46,928 bases of DNA, taken from assembly GCA_015222495.1 (NCBI GenBank), contig JADFVK010000104.1:1-46928 (forward strand), written 5' to 3'. This DNA is from Pseudomonadota bacterium. Lineage in GTDB: Bacteria > Pseudomonadota > Gammaproteobacteria > GRL18. The notes beneath the pieces were generated by a model. It made no database searches, was not told the DNA's origin, and worked only from the letters and a program-made list of their open reading frames with translations. The position numbers and the translations under genes are program-made. Position 1 is the stretch's first letter. Each line of letters starts with the position of its first letter. Positions 6,671 through 15,277 of this stretch are shown here, piece by piece.

Positions 6671-9160
6671 ATGACAAAGTGTAAATCAATAGAAGACTTA
6701 ACTAACCTACCTCCATTAGGAATGGACTCTGCATCTCTAACAGAGAGCTTTAAGGGACATTATAGCCACACTCTGGGTAGAGACAAAAGTTGTGAGTCAA
6801 GCCATTATCCTTATAAAGCATTAGCATTTACTTTGCGTGATCGTCTGATGGAACGCTGGAGAAATACTCACTATGCCTATGAGGATAGTGATTGTAAGCG
6901 TACTTATTATCTTTCTCTAGAGTTTTTAATGGGGAGAGCACTCAGCAATGCTACACTAAACCTGGATTTGAATGAGGCAGTCAGAGAATCATTTCACAAT
7001 ATGGGCTTGAAACTGGAAGTACTGGTTGAAACCGAGCAGGATGCCGGCTTGGGTAATGGTGGTTTAGGCCGCTTAGCCGCCTGCTTTTTGGATAGTTGTG
7101 CTACCTTACAACTTCCGGTTAAAGGTTATGGGTTGCGCTATGAGTACGGCATGTTCAAACAAAGAATTAACGATGGCTGGCAGGTAGAAGATACCGATCA
7201 CTGGCTACTCGATGGCAACCCCTGGGAAATAGAACGTCCTGAATACACACAACGTATAAAGTTTGGTGGGCATACAGAATATTATCATAATCATGCAAGT
7301 GATACTAAAGTTCACTGGGTAGACACTCGTGATGTTTTAGCTGTACCTTATGATACACCCATTCCAGGTTTTAAAAATGGTACTGTAAACACCTTACGCC
7401 TGTGGAAAGCGGCGGCGACTGATGAGTTTGATCTGGATGAATTTAATTCCGGTAGTTATACAGAAGCCGTTGCAGACAAAAACTCAGCTGAACACATCAC
7501 TATGGTTTTATACCCTAATGATGCCAGTGAAAATGGTAAAGAATTACGCCTGCGCCAGCAATATTTTTTAGCCTCTGCCAGTTTGCAGGATGTTATTCGG
7601 GAATGGCTAGTAAAGCATGATGATTTCAGTAATTTTGCTGAAAAAAATTGCTTCCAGCTCAATGATACACATCCGACTATCTCCATTGCTGAATTTATGC
7701 GCTTATTGATGGATGAGCATGATTTAAGCTGGGATGATGCATGGGCAATTACTGGTAAAACGATGGCCTATACCAATCATACTTTACTGCCTGAGGCATT
7801 AGAAAAGTGGTCTGTACCCTTATTTGAATCATTACTACCCCGCTTACTGCAAATCATTTATGAAATCAATGCCCGTTTTCTAAAACAAGTTGCCATGCAC
7901 TGGCCTGGTGATACCAATCGCCTGCAGCAGATGTCTATTATTGAAGATGGCCCTGTATCTCATGTGCGTATGGCTTATCTGGCTATTGTCGGAAGCTTTT
8001 CAGTTAATGGTGTTGCAGCCCTGCATACAGAATTATTAAAAAAAGGTCTGTTTTATAATTTTTATCAATTATGGCCGGAGAAATTTAATAATAAAACCAA
8101 TGGTGTTACACCAAGACGCTGGTTAGCTGGATGTAATCCTGAATTACGTAAATTAATTACAGCGACTATTGGTGATCAATGGATTACTGATTTAGCTCAA
8201 TTAAAGAAGTTAGAAACACATTTAGATGATAAAGAGTTTCGCACACAGTGGAAAAAAATTAGAAAAATCAGCAAGACCAAACTGGCTGAATTAGTAAAAA
8301 CACAATGCCAGGTTGATTTTAACACCAGTGCTCTATTTGATGTTCAGGTAAAACGAATTCATGAATATAAAAGACAATTATTAAATATTTTACATGTAAT
8401 TCATTTATATAATCGTATCAAGGCCGGTGATACTAAAAACTGGGCAAACCGCTGTGTTTTAATTGGTGGTAAAGCAGCTCCCGGTTATGCCATGGCAAAA
8501 TTAATTATTAAATTAATTAATAATGTCGCAGAAGTGGTTAATAACGATCCCGATGTCGGCCCACGACTTAAAGTTGCTTTCTTTCCTAATTATAATGTCT
8601 CTGCTATGGAAGTGATTTGCCCGGGCACCGATCTTTCCGAGCAAATATCAACCGCAGGAAAAGAAGCCTCCGGTACTGGTAATATGAAGTTTATGATGAA
8701 TGGTGCGCTCACTATTGGAACCTTGGATGGGGCAAATATTGAAATCAGAGAAGAGCTTGGCAATAAAAACTTTTTCTTATTTGGTTTAACTGCTGATGAA
8801 GTGGAGCAATCTCGAGGACGATACGATCCGAACTATATAATTAATCATGATAAGGACTTGTCTAATGTCCTGGATATTATTAATTCTGGTTACTTTAATC
8901 CCTTTGAGCCTAATTTATTTAGTGATATTGTCAACTCCATCAGAGATCCACATGATCCCTGGATGACAGCTGCAGACTTTCATTCTTATATCAAAGCTCA
9001 GGAACAGGCATCAAAAGTCTGGAAAAATAAAGAACGCTGGACCAGTATGAGTATTATGAATACTCTCTGTAGCGGTAAGTTTTCAACTGATAGAACGATG
9101 CATGATTATAATAGGGATATCTGGAAGTTAGATACCATAAAAGCTTATCCCGTGAAGTAA
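6671..9160 (+). CDS. glgP: Glycogen/starch phosphorylase
   Basis: GNGGLGRLAACFLDS, QLNDTHP, KRIHEYKRQ, EASGTGNMKF PLP-lysine motif. Confidence 0.98.
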   Translation: MTKCKSIEDLTNLPPLGMDSASLTESFKGHYSHTLGRDKSCESSHYPYKALAFTLRDRLMERWRNTHYAYEDSDCKRTYYLSLEFLMGRALSNATLNLDLNEAVRESFHNMGLKLEVLVETEQDAGLGNGGLGRLAACFLDSCATLQLPVKGYGLRYEYGMFKQRINDGWQVEDTDHWLLDGNPWEIERPEYTQRIKFGGHTEYYHNHASDTKVHWVDTRDVLAVPYDTPIPGFKNGTVNTLRLWKAAATDEFDLDEFNSGSYTEAVADKNSAEHITMVLYPNDASENGKELRLRQQYFLASASLQDVIREWLVKHDDFSNFAEKNCFQLNDTHPTISIAEFMRLLMDEHDLSWDDAWAITGKTMAYTNHTLLPEALEKWSVPLFESLLPRLLQIIYEINARFLKQVAMHWPGDTNRLQQMSIIEDGPVSHVRMAYLAIVGSFSVNGVAALHTELLKKGLFYNFYQLWPEKFNNKTNGVTPRRWLAGCNPELRKLITATIGDQWITDLAQLKKLETHLDDKEFRTQWKKIRKISKTKLAELVKTQCQVDFNTSALFDVQVKRIHEYKRQLLNILHVIHLYNRIKAGDTKNWANRCVLIGGKAAPGYAMAKLIIKLINNVAEVVNNDPDVGPRLKVAFFPNYNVSAMEVICPGTDLSEQISTAGKEASGTGNMKFMMNGALTIGTLDGANIEIREELGNKNFFLFGLTADEVEQSRGRYDPNYIINHDKDLSNVLDIINSGYFNPFEPNLFSDIVNSIRDPHDPWMTAADFHSYIKAQEQASKVWKNKERWTSMSIMNTLCSGKFSTDRTMHDYNRDIWKLDTIKAYPVK

Positions 9161-9181
9161 TAGAGGGTGTAATATACTTCT

Positions 9182-9222
9182 TATCCTCCTCTTCTCTTAT
9201 TATTAGGGGAAGGGGGAGGATA
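9182..9222. terminator. Hairpin between convergent genes, probable terminator
   Basis: tatcctcctcttctct...aggggaagggggaggata imperfect stem with G-U pairs. Confidence 0.6.
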
Positions 9223-9234
9223 CGACTTTAGCAC

Positions 9235-9582
9235 TTACGCATAAGTATATTTTTTCATGTCTTTTCTTCTATTTCCTGCCTGTACTACCACCCCTTCCAG
9301 CATATCAAGTCCGGAAATTTCTATTGTTTCATAGAGTTCATTAAGTGGTTGCAGATAAAACTTATCATTATGAATCATGAATTGTCTGAAAATGAATTCA
9401 CCCTCTACTTTACCAATAACATAGGCACCACTTTTAACCACAGCCTCAGGATCAATGATTAAAACCGTATCATGTTTAAACTCCGGTTCCATACTATCCC
9501 CAAGGGCTTTCAATGCAAAGACTTCTCTTGCACTACAACTTCCCTCTATAGGAGGAATTTGACTTATAGGTCTTTCAGACAT
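9235..9582 (-). CDS. Stand-alone peptidase S24/S26-like domain protein
   Basis: FALKALGDSMEPEF, LQPLNELY; likely start ATG 9582 (MSERP) rather than TTG 9651. Confidence 0.8.
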   Translation of the reverse strand: MSERPISQIPPIEGSCSAREVFALKALGDSMEPEFKHDTVLIIDPEAVVKSGAYVIGKVEGEFIFRQFMIHNDKFYLQPLNELYETIEISGLDMLEGVVVQAGNRRKDMKKYTYA

Positions 9583-9765
9583 TTGTAACTCACTATATTT
9601 GTATATTAGAGCATTATAATAAATCAAAAAGGTAGATTCATCAAGTAACAAATTTTAACAAATGATCTCGTTATTTCTTAAAATAATTGCAATGATTAAG
9701 TAAAAGTAATACCTTACAAAGAGTTTTTTACAAAATAATAAAACATTATAAATCAGGAATTCATT

Positions 9766-10209
9766 TTGAAACATAGTATCTATATAAAGAATCTATTTTA
9801 CGGCTCTATACTAAGTCTGTGTATTGTCACTTCCAGCACGGCTGAAGGTGTATCAGGGAATTCTTCTGTTAATAATAAAACTTTTACAAAAGCAGAGTTT
9901 CAGGAATGTAATAAAAATATACAACTTTTAGCTAAAACTGAAAAACAGCTGAATACGCAAAGAAATCAACTGATCTCTTTGCAAAAGGAAATAACTCAAT
10001 TAGTTCAGGATAGGACTGATATGAATAACGAAGTAGATTTACATAATCAACAATCTGTTGATCATTATAATCAACTCAATAATGATATACATCAGCTATC
10101 ACAGCAGTTTTATAACAATGGAAAAACCTTTAACCAGGATGTTAAGCGATACCAGGCAGATAAAAGTCAATCAATCACTAATTGTCAAGGAAAGCAATAT
10201 TACAAATAA
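9766..10209 (+). CDS. Hypothetical secreted coiled-coil protein
   Basis: Signal-peptide-like N-terminus, heptad Q/N-rich helix, Cys pair flanking the coil; AGGA RBS. Confidence 0.65.
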   Translation: MKHSIYIKNLFYGSILSLCIVTSSTAEGVSGNSSVNNKTFTKAEFQECNKNIQLLAKTEKQLNTQRNQLISLQKEITQLVQDRTDMNNEVDLHNQQSVDHYNQLNNDIHQLSQQFYNNGKTFNQDVKRYQADKSQSITNCQGKQYYK

Positions 10210-10244
10210 AGTTCGAGTTGTTGATACCTCCTTCGACTTTAGCT

Positions 10245-11171
10245 TTATGGTTTGACATTAATGCCTTGAAACTCAGCAAAAATTGGATTGTGATCGGATG
10301 TTTTACCTATTCTGGTTTCTGCCAAATCAATAGAATTTGCACGTATAAGCCTGAGTTTTTTATAGAAAATGAAATCATAGGCCTGGCCCAACATTGATGT
10401 AACACGATGATCATCCTTTTTCTCCATTGTTGCTTCCACCATACCAATAGCGCCAACAATTTTTTTTAACTTCAAATAGCTATTTTCGGTCATCGTATTA
10501 AAATCACCCGCCAAGATAATGGGGCCTTCATGCCTGGACATTTTTTTTGCCATTCTGTCTAATTGTGCATAAAGAGAACTCTGACTTATTAGTATTGCAT
10601 GAACATTAACAACTAATAATTTTTCATTAGTTGTTAGTTCCCCATCAGATAAATTATATGTCGTAAATAAAATAGCTTTGGGTGTTGGCAAAAGAACATC
10701 ATTGCTTCTTTGTGAACATGCTGATAGTGCCTGCGCATTTGCTACCGTATAAACCCCCGTAGGGATATCTTTTTTCTGATCAAGAATATAACTAATTCCC
10801 ATATCCCATGAATATTGTGTACCCAGATTTTTCAAAGTCTGGCGCATTTCAGAATCCATAAAAGCTTCCTGAATTATCAATATATCTCTATTTTTTGTCA
10901 GCTCTAAAAAAGACTGATTGGCCTGAGCCTGACTACAAAAAGTCAAAGCAGCTAAATTTCTCATCGTCTGACGACAGCCCGCCAGACTATTCCAGGAAAT
11001 GATATTTATAGAGCGACTATCAATAGCCGTTTGATTTTCATTAAATAGACATTGATTTGGACTATGAGTACTAGTTTCAATCGTATATCTTTGTGGAGCA
11101 TAATAACTACATGAAGAGATCAAAAGTAACAAAAAAAACGTAATATTCAAATAAAATAATTTTAACAGCAT
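10245..11171 (-). CDS. Endonuclease/exonuclease/phosphatase (EEP) family, probable lipoprotein (YafD-like)
   Basis: IISWN, IIQEA, NVHA, LAGDFN, DFIF, SDHNP motifs; lipobox-like LISSC. Confidence 0.88.
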   Translation of the reverse strand: MLLKLFYLNITFFLLLLISSCSYYAPQRYTIETSTHSPNQCLFNENQTAIDSRSINIISWNSLAGCRQTMRNLAALTFCSQAQANQSFLELTKNRDILIIQEAFMDSEMRQTLKNLGTQYSWDMGISYILDQKKDIPTGVYTVANAQALSACSQRSNDVLLPTPKAILFTTYNLSDGELTTNEKLLVVNVHAILISQSSLYAQLDRMAKKMSRHEGPIILAGDFNTMTENSYLKLKKIVGAIGMVEATMEKKDDHRVTSMLGQAYDFIFYKKLRLIRANSIDLAETRIGKTSDHNPIFAEFQGINVKP

Positions 11172-11200
11172 AGTTTTTATTTAATCCTATTTAAGAAAAT

Positions 11201-11375
11201 TCGTAACTACTCAGCGTATTGATTAACAAATAACAGTTGAGCCTTATGCTCACTTATTTTTAGAATTTAGAAAACTCGCTACGCTTGCTATGCCCGCTTT
11301 TGGGTGCAGACAGTTCTAAGTACTAAAAACAAGCAATCATAAGACTTTTGTTAAATTTAGAGTGAGTAGTTACGA
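11201..11375. mobile_element. MITE-like non-autonomous element (about 175 bp)
   Basis: 13-bp perfect terminal inverted repeats tcgtaactactca (11201-11213) / tgagtagttacga (11363-11375); nested internal inverted repeats; no transposase. Confidence 0.7.
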
Positions 11376-11404
11376 GAATTATCTCTATATTATATCCTAT
11401 AAAC

Positions 11405-11443
11405 AAAAAAGCCCGAATATCTTTCGATATTCGGGCCCTTTTT
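11405..11443 (-). terminator. Rho-independent terminator downstream of the apr remnant
   Basis: aaaaaa-gcccgaatatc-tttc-gatattcgggc: 11-bp stem with T-run on the minus strand. Confidence 0.9.
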
Positions 11444-11483
11444 ACATCTTTAAATCAATTCTATTGAATTTGTCTCACGTCAA

Positions 11484-11682
11484 TTACTTCATTAAGACTG
11501 ACTTATCAACGATACCAACGTGCTCAACTTTCTTACAATGCCAGGTTTGTGTGGTTTTGCATGACCAGTTTCTAAACCGTCTTTGTCAAGCTTCATTAAG
11601 TCATGGGGTAGATATACATACAGGCTGTTCTGTCCTGACCTTTACAACCATCACACTTTTCTGTGCGTACGAATGTTGGCAT
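11484..11682 (-). pseudogene. aprB: aprB N-terminus fused to probable aprA C-terminus (APS reductase deletion scar)
   Basis: From ATG 11682 (RBS AAGGA): MPTFVRTEKCDGCKGQDRTACMYI, frameshift near 11605-11610, then PHDLMKLDKDGLETGHA (AprB); after about 11557 another frame reads KTTQTWHCKKVEHVGIVDKSVLMK-stop, AprA-like C-terminus. Confidence 0.85.
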
Positions 11683-11823
11683 CGTTTTTCCTTTAGCTTC
11701 TGTTAACTTTATCGATATTAGCCTTATCTTGAAAACATTTTCAAGTTAAATAGGCGCAATATTTATATAGAAGGCTATATAGAAAAACCATTTAATTTAT
11801 AAAGTTTTTTGAACATTCCTAAC

Positions 11824-12762
11824 TTAGGGATTTAAGTTATATGGAAAATCTGAAAAGAGATTATTGGCTGGAAAGTTTGATTTTAACAGACTTCTAGGCT
11901 GGTTAAAGTCATCATTTGCTGAAAAATGACTATATTTGTCAATCACATTATCCATTAAATACTGATTTTTCAGGGAAGAAAAAACACCAAATTCTGGTAA
12001 TGATGTATTTTCTAAGCCATCGTAATCATACAGATCAATATTATTATTTTGTAAATACACTTCATCAGAAAGATCAACATCTGAATAAGGATCAAAATCA
12101 ATATTATGGCGTTCAAGTCTGCTTATAGGTGAATTGTATCTATTTCTTACACTATAGTTCGTTGAATATTCACTGCGATGGATATCATCAGATTTATTGT
12201 AGACATAAACCGGAACTGGAATATAACGTATTTGTTCTCTTTGAATGTATTGATTATTATTTCTATAGCTTGTACCTGAATATTTTTTTGGCTCAAGATC
12301 ACTTGCATATAATAGTTGAGAGGGTTGATGATTTCTGTTAATTGGGAAATTATTAGTAAATCTTTCGCTCTCTTCTAACAAGTATTGATTGCTTTGTTTA
12401 TTAACATAATTGGTATTTATATGTCTTCTGCTATTATTTGGATATGTCATCGAACGATAAGAGCGGACATTTTCAGATTGAGACTCATAAAGATCAGAGA
12501 CATAAGCAACATTGTTAGAAAAACGTTTAAAAGATGGTGTGTTTTGTTGCTGTTGCTGAGGTCTAAAATTCGGCTGATTTTGATCTGGGTAATAGAATTT
12601 AGATGGCTTTACAGGCACGTTATTAGAGCAATCTTGCTGAAAATTATTAATAATTTCATCAGGAAACATATATACATTTTGTCTATAGAGATCGCTCGCA
12701 GAAACAGTCATAGAGCCAAATGACACACTTATCAATAAAATTGTCAATAAATATTTCATCAA
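11824..12762 (-). CDS. Hypothetical secreted low-complexity (N/Y/Q/S-rich) protein
   Basis: Signal peptide, long ORF co-oriented with upstream genes, repeated (Y/S)xSDL motif. Confidence 0.65.
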   Translation of the reverse strand: MMKYLLTILLISVSFGSMTVSASDLYRQNVYMFPDEIINNFQQDCSNNVPVKPSKFYYPDQNQPNFRPQQQQQNTPSFKRFSNNVAYVSDLYESQSENVRSYRSMTYPNNSRRHINTNYVNKQSNQYLLEESERFTNNFPINRNHQPSQLLYASDLEPKKYSGTSYRNNNQYIQREQIRYIPVPVYVYNKSDDIHRSEYSTNYSVRNRYNSPISRLERHNIDFDPYSDVDLSDEVYLQNNNIDLYDYDGLENTSLPEFGVFSSLKNQYLMDNVIDKYSHFSANDDFNQPRSLLKSNFPANNLFSDFPYNLNP

Positions 12763-12776
12763 ATTTCTCTCTATTC

Positions 12777-14681
12777 TTATATTTTTATCTGCTTTGATTT
12801 TCTATTATACAACCATTGCCAGAAATATCCACCGGGTAATTCATTCCCGGTAAAAATATAATTATAAACATTGATATTACTTATACTTCTTTGCATTAAA
12901 TCCATGCTTTGTTTATCACCGCAAATCAATAATTGATCATCTTTTTTCAATAAAAAATCATTTTCAGGTAACAAAATATCATTAAATTCTCTGAATTTAT
13001 GCTTATTATTGATGATATAAGTATCTGTAGATTTATTGTAAACAGTCCTATGTCCTCTCTGGTTTTTTCGATGAACTAATAAAACTATACAATTTAATTG
13101 ATCTTCTCGGTTTCTGGGTGAAACCAATAATTGTCGTATAGAAACCTCTTGATTATCAATAAAAGGCATAACTGCCGGTGTCTGTTTTTCTGATATTTCT
13201 ATTGTCCAGGTGGTGGGAATATCATGTTCTATAAAATTACTGATTCGGCTAATTAATAAATTTGCCCATGCGTCTTTTTGTCTTCTAGCTAATAACAAGA
13301 AGTTTTTTAACAACGGAGTTTTAATAATAGAAAGAATTTCTCCAGCAATAATACCTGCTGGCTGCATAATAAAATCTAAATCAGCCTGATTAAATACATG
13401 TTTATTACGGCTATAATTCTGCCGGGCAATGGTAAATAATTTATTTTTTTCAAGCTGTATTTTTTCCATATTATCTTGAAAATGTGCTAACTGATAAAGT
13501 TCACTATATTCTTTATTTCTATTATAGGTATTATGGCTTCGTTTCATTTCATCCTGAGCCGTAATAATAATAGATAAATTATTCGCATCATTATCTGTCC
13601 CTGCCACGATAGCTACTGCATCTGTTATTTTCGCTTCACGTAAAGTAATTGCCTCTGTCCCCCTACCCTTAATCGTTCCTTCAGGTGAACTTGTTTTTTC
13701 CGGTGTAGCCTCTATTATCTTCGTTTTTATTCCTACATAATTAAGGTGTCGGGCAATGGCTTTTCCAAAACGACCATATCCACAGATAACCCAGGTACCT
13801 TTTGGCGGGATAATTGGCTCATCTCTTACATTGTGATATGCGTTGGTCAGCCATTCATAGACCAGATAAGCACTGGGAGAACGGACTGATAATGCCAACC
13901 GTCTTGCATATAGTTCAAAAGGGTTAATAATATGACTAGTACCAAAAGAGGACATATTGGCTTCAGCTTCATTTGATTCAGCTTTACAAATTATCATTAA
14001 ATCTTTATCTTCGATAATTCGTTTTTTACTAAGCAGTCTCGCCGTAATCGCAATTTTTAAGTTAATTTCATCCTTATTTGTCAAGGCAATAACACCTTTA
14101 CAATGACTATGAGTCAAACCTGCAGCCTCCAAAACATTTGGAAAAGAGGCATTTGCAGCCAAAGCAGGTATATCAATATCAGGCTCGTCAATTTGTAAAT
14201 TATCAATCCGTTCCTGGTCAATATCTATAACTACAGATAAAATATTATGCTGCGATAATTCATGAGCCAGGACTTTTCCCGTATCACCATAGCCACAAAT
14301 TAAATAAAAGGGTTCTTTTATAGCTCTAACTTTCTTTTCAAATTCATTTTCTTTGAGAATCTTTTTAAAAGCAGGATTTTGTAAGGCACTTAAAACTGCA
14401 CCAATGCTATATAACCAGATAGTTACAGATATATAAATACTAAAAACAGTCCACATTCTTTGTGCATCAGTAAATTCATATGGAATTTCACCAAAGCCAA
14501 TGGTTGACCCCATAAAACTGACAAAGTAAAAAGCATGAAAAAAACTCATAGACCAGACATTACCCTGATCATCCTGACCAGGAATTAAAACAAATCCCAT
14601 AATGACAATTGCATAGGAGCAAATCAGTAAAATAATAGGTAAACGAATACGTTTTAATAAAAGAAATATAAGGCTATTCAT
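12777..14681 (-). CDS. Potassium channel protein with two RCK/TrkA-N domains
   Basis: 2 TM plus pore loop STIGFGE; two Rossmann motifs ICGYGDTG and ICGYGRFG. Confidence 0.9.
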   Translation of the reverse strand: MNSLIFLLLKRIRLPIILLICSYAIVIMGFVLIPGQDDQGNVWSMSFFHAFYFVSFMGSTIGFGEIPYEFTDAQRMWTVFSIYISVTIWLYSIGAVLSALQNPAFKKILKENEFEKKVRAIKEPFYLICGYGDTGKVLAHELSQHNILSVVIDIDQERIDNLQIDEPDIDIPALAANASFPNVLEAAGLTHSHCKGVIALTNKDEINLKIAITARLLSKKRIIEDKDLMIICKAESNEAEANMSSFGTSHIINPFELYARRLALSVRSPSAYLVYEWLTNAYHNVRDEPIIPPKGTWVICGYGRFGKAIARHLNYVGIKTKIIEATPEKTSSPEGTIKGRGTEAITLREAKITDAVAIVAGTDNDANNLSIIITAQDEMKRSHNTYNRNKEYSELYQLAHFQDNMEKIQLEKNKLFTIARQNYSRNKHVFNQADLDFIMQPAGIIAGEILSIIKTPLLKNFLLLARRQKDAWANLLISRISNFIEHDIPTTWTIEISEKQTPAVMPFIDNQEVSIRQLLVSPRNREDQLNCIVLLVHRKNQRGHRTVYNKSTDTYIINNKHKFREFNDILLPENDFLLKKDDQLLICGDKQSMDLMQRSISNINVYNYIFTGNELPGGYFWQWLYNRKSKQIKI

Positions 14682-14684
14682 AGT

Positions 14685-15068
14685 TTAACGACGATGTACT
14701 ACTGTCTCAACCACTAATAGAATAACAGAAGTAATATTTGCAATTAGAGCACCACCTGAAACGGATACAATAGTACTCATCATATCCGGGGTCAAACCAG
14801 ACTCAGAAACATGTTCGGCAAATCCCCAAATAATTGCAGCACCGATCAAGTGTATATCTGCGACCAGACTGGTCGCCAAAAGAACCGCTCCTATCTGAGA
14901 ACGCTCACCTAATTTAATCACTGTTGCAATCAGGCTAATCACTATAGCTGCAAATAACTCATAAACATGGTGGTGTGCAGGATTATCGATATCCCCAATA
15001 AAAAAACCAAAATTCAGGGTCAAAGCAAAGACAATAAAAAAAGCAAAGGATACTTTTTCAAAATTCAT
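14685..15068 (-). CDS. Small 4-TM membrane protein (DUF6394-like) paired with the K+ channel
   Basis: MNFEKV..FFIVFALTLNFGFF, LLATSLVADIHL motifs; 3-bp gap to the channel gene. Confidence 0.8.
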   Translation of the reverse strand: MNFEKVSFAFFIVFALTLNFGFFIGDIDNPAHHHVYELFAAIVISLIATVIKLGERSQIGAVLLATSLVADIHLIGAAIIWGFAEHVSESGLTPDMMSTIVSVSGGALIANITSVILLVVETVVHRR

Positions 15069-15108
15069 AAATTTATTCCAATTTTTATAGGTTAATAATT
15101 AACGATTA

Positions 15109-15223
15109 TCCCTGGGCAAGCACTGCTCTCGCACATGACCACCATGGACGGTGGAAATGCAGCGGGAGGCATGGATGCCGTAGCTGTCCATGTGCTACGC
15201 AGTATAAGCCCGTCCCTGGGCAA
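15109..15223. repeat. GC-rich structured intergenic element bounded by 11-bp direct repeats
   Basis: tccctgggcaa at 15109-15119 and 15213-15223; internal stems gcacatg/catgtgc, ccacc/ggtgg, ggcat/atgcc. Confidence 0.7.
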
Positions 15224-15257
15224 AAAAAAAGCGATACTGTTAAGTATCGCTTTTTTT
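15222..15257 (-). terminator. Bidirectional-type Rho-independent terminator after the dynamin-like gene
   Basis: A-run, gcgatact-gtta-agtatcgc, T7. Confidence 0.9.
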
Positions 15258-15277
15258 AATCAAAAATTAAAGCTTTA

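Noticed and set aside
11362-11706. 114-aa plus-strand ORF
   Set aside because: Shadow of the MITE end, terminator and minus-strand apr remnant.
11916-12723. Three plus-strand ORFs
   Set aside because: Antisense to the longer signal-peptide-bearing ORF.
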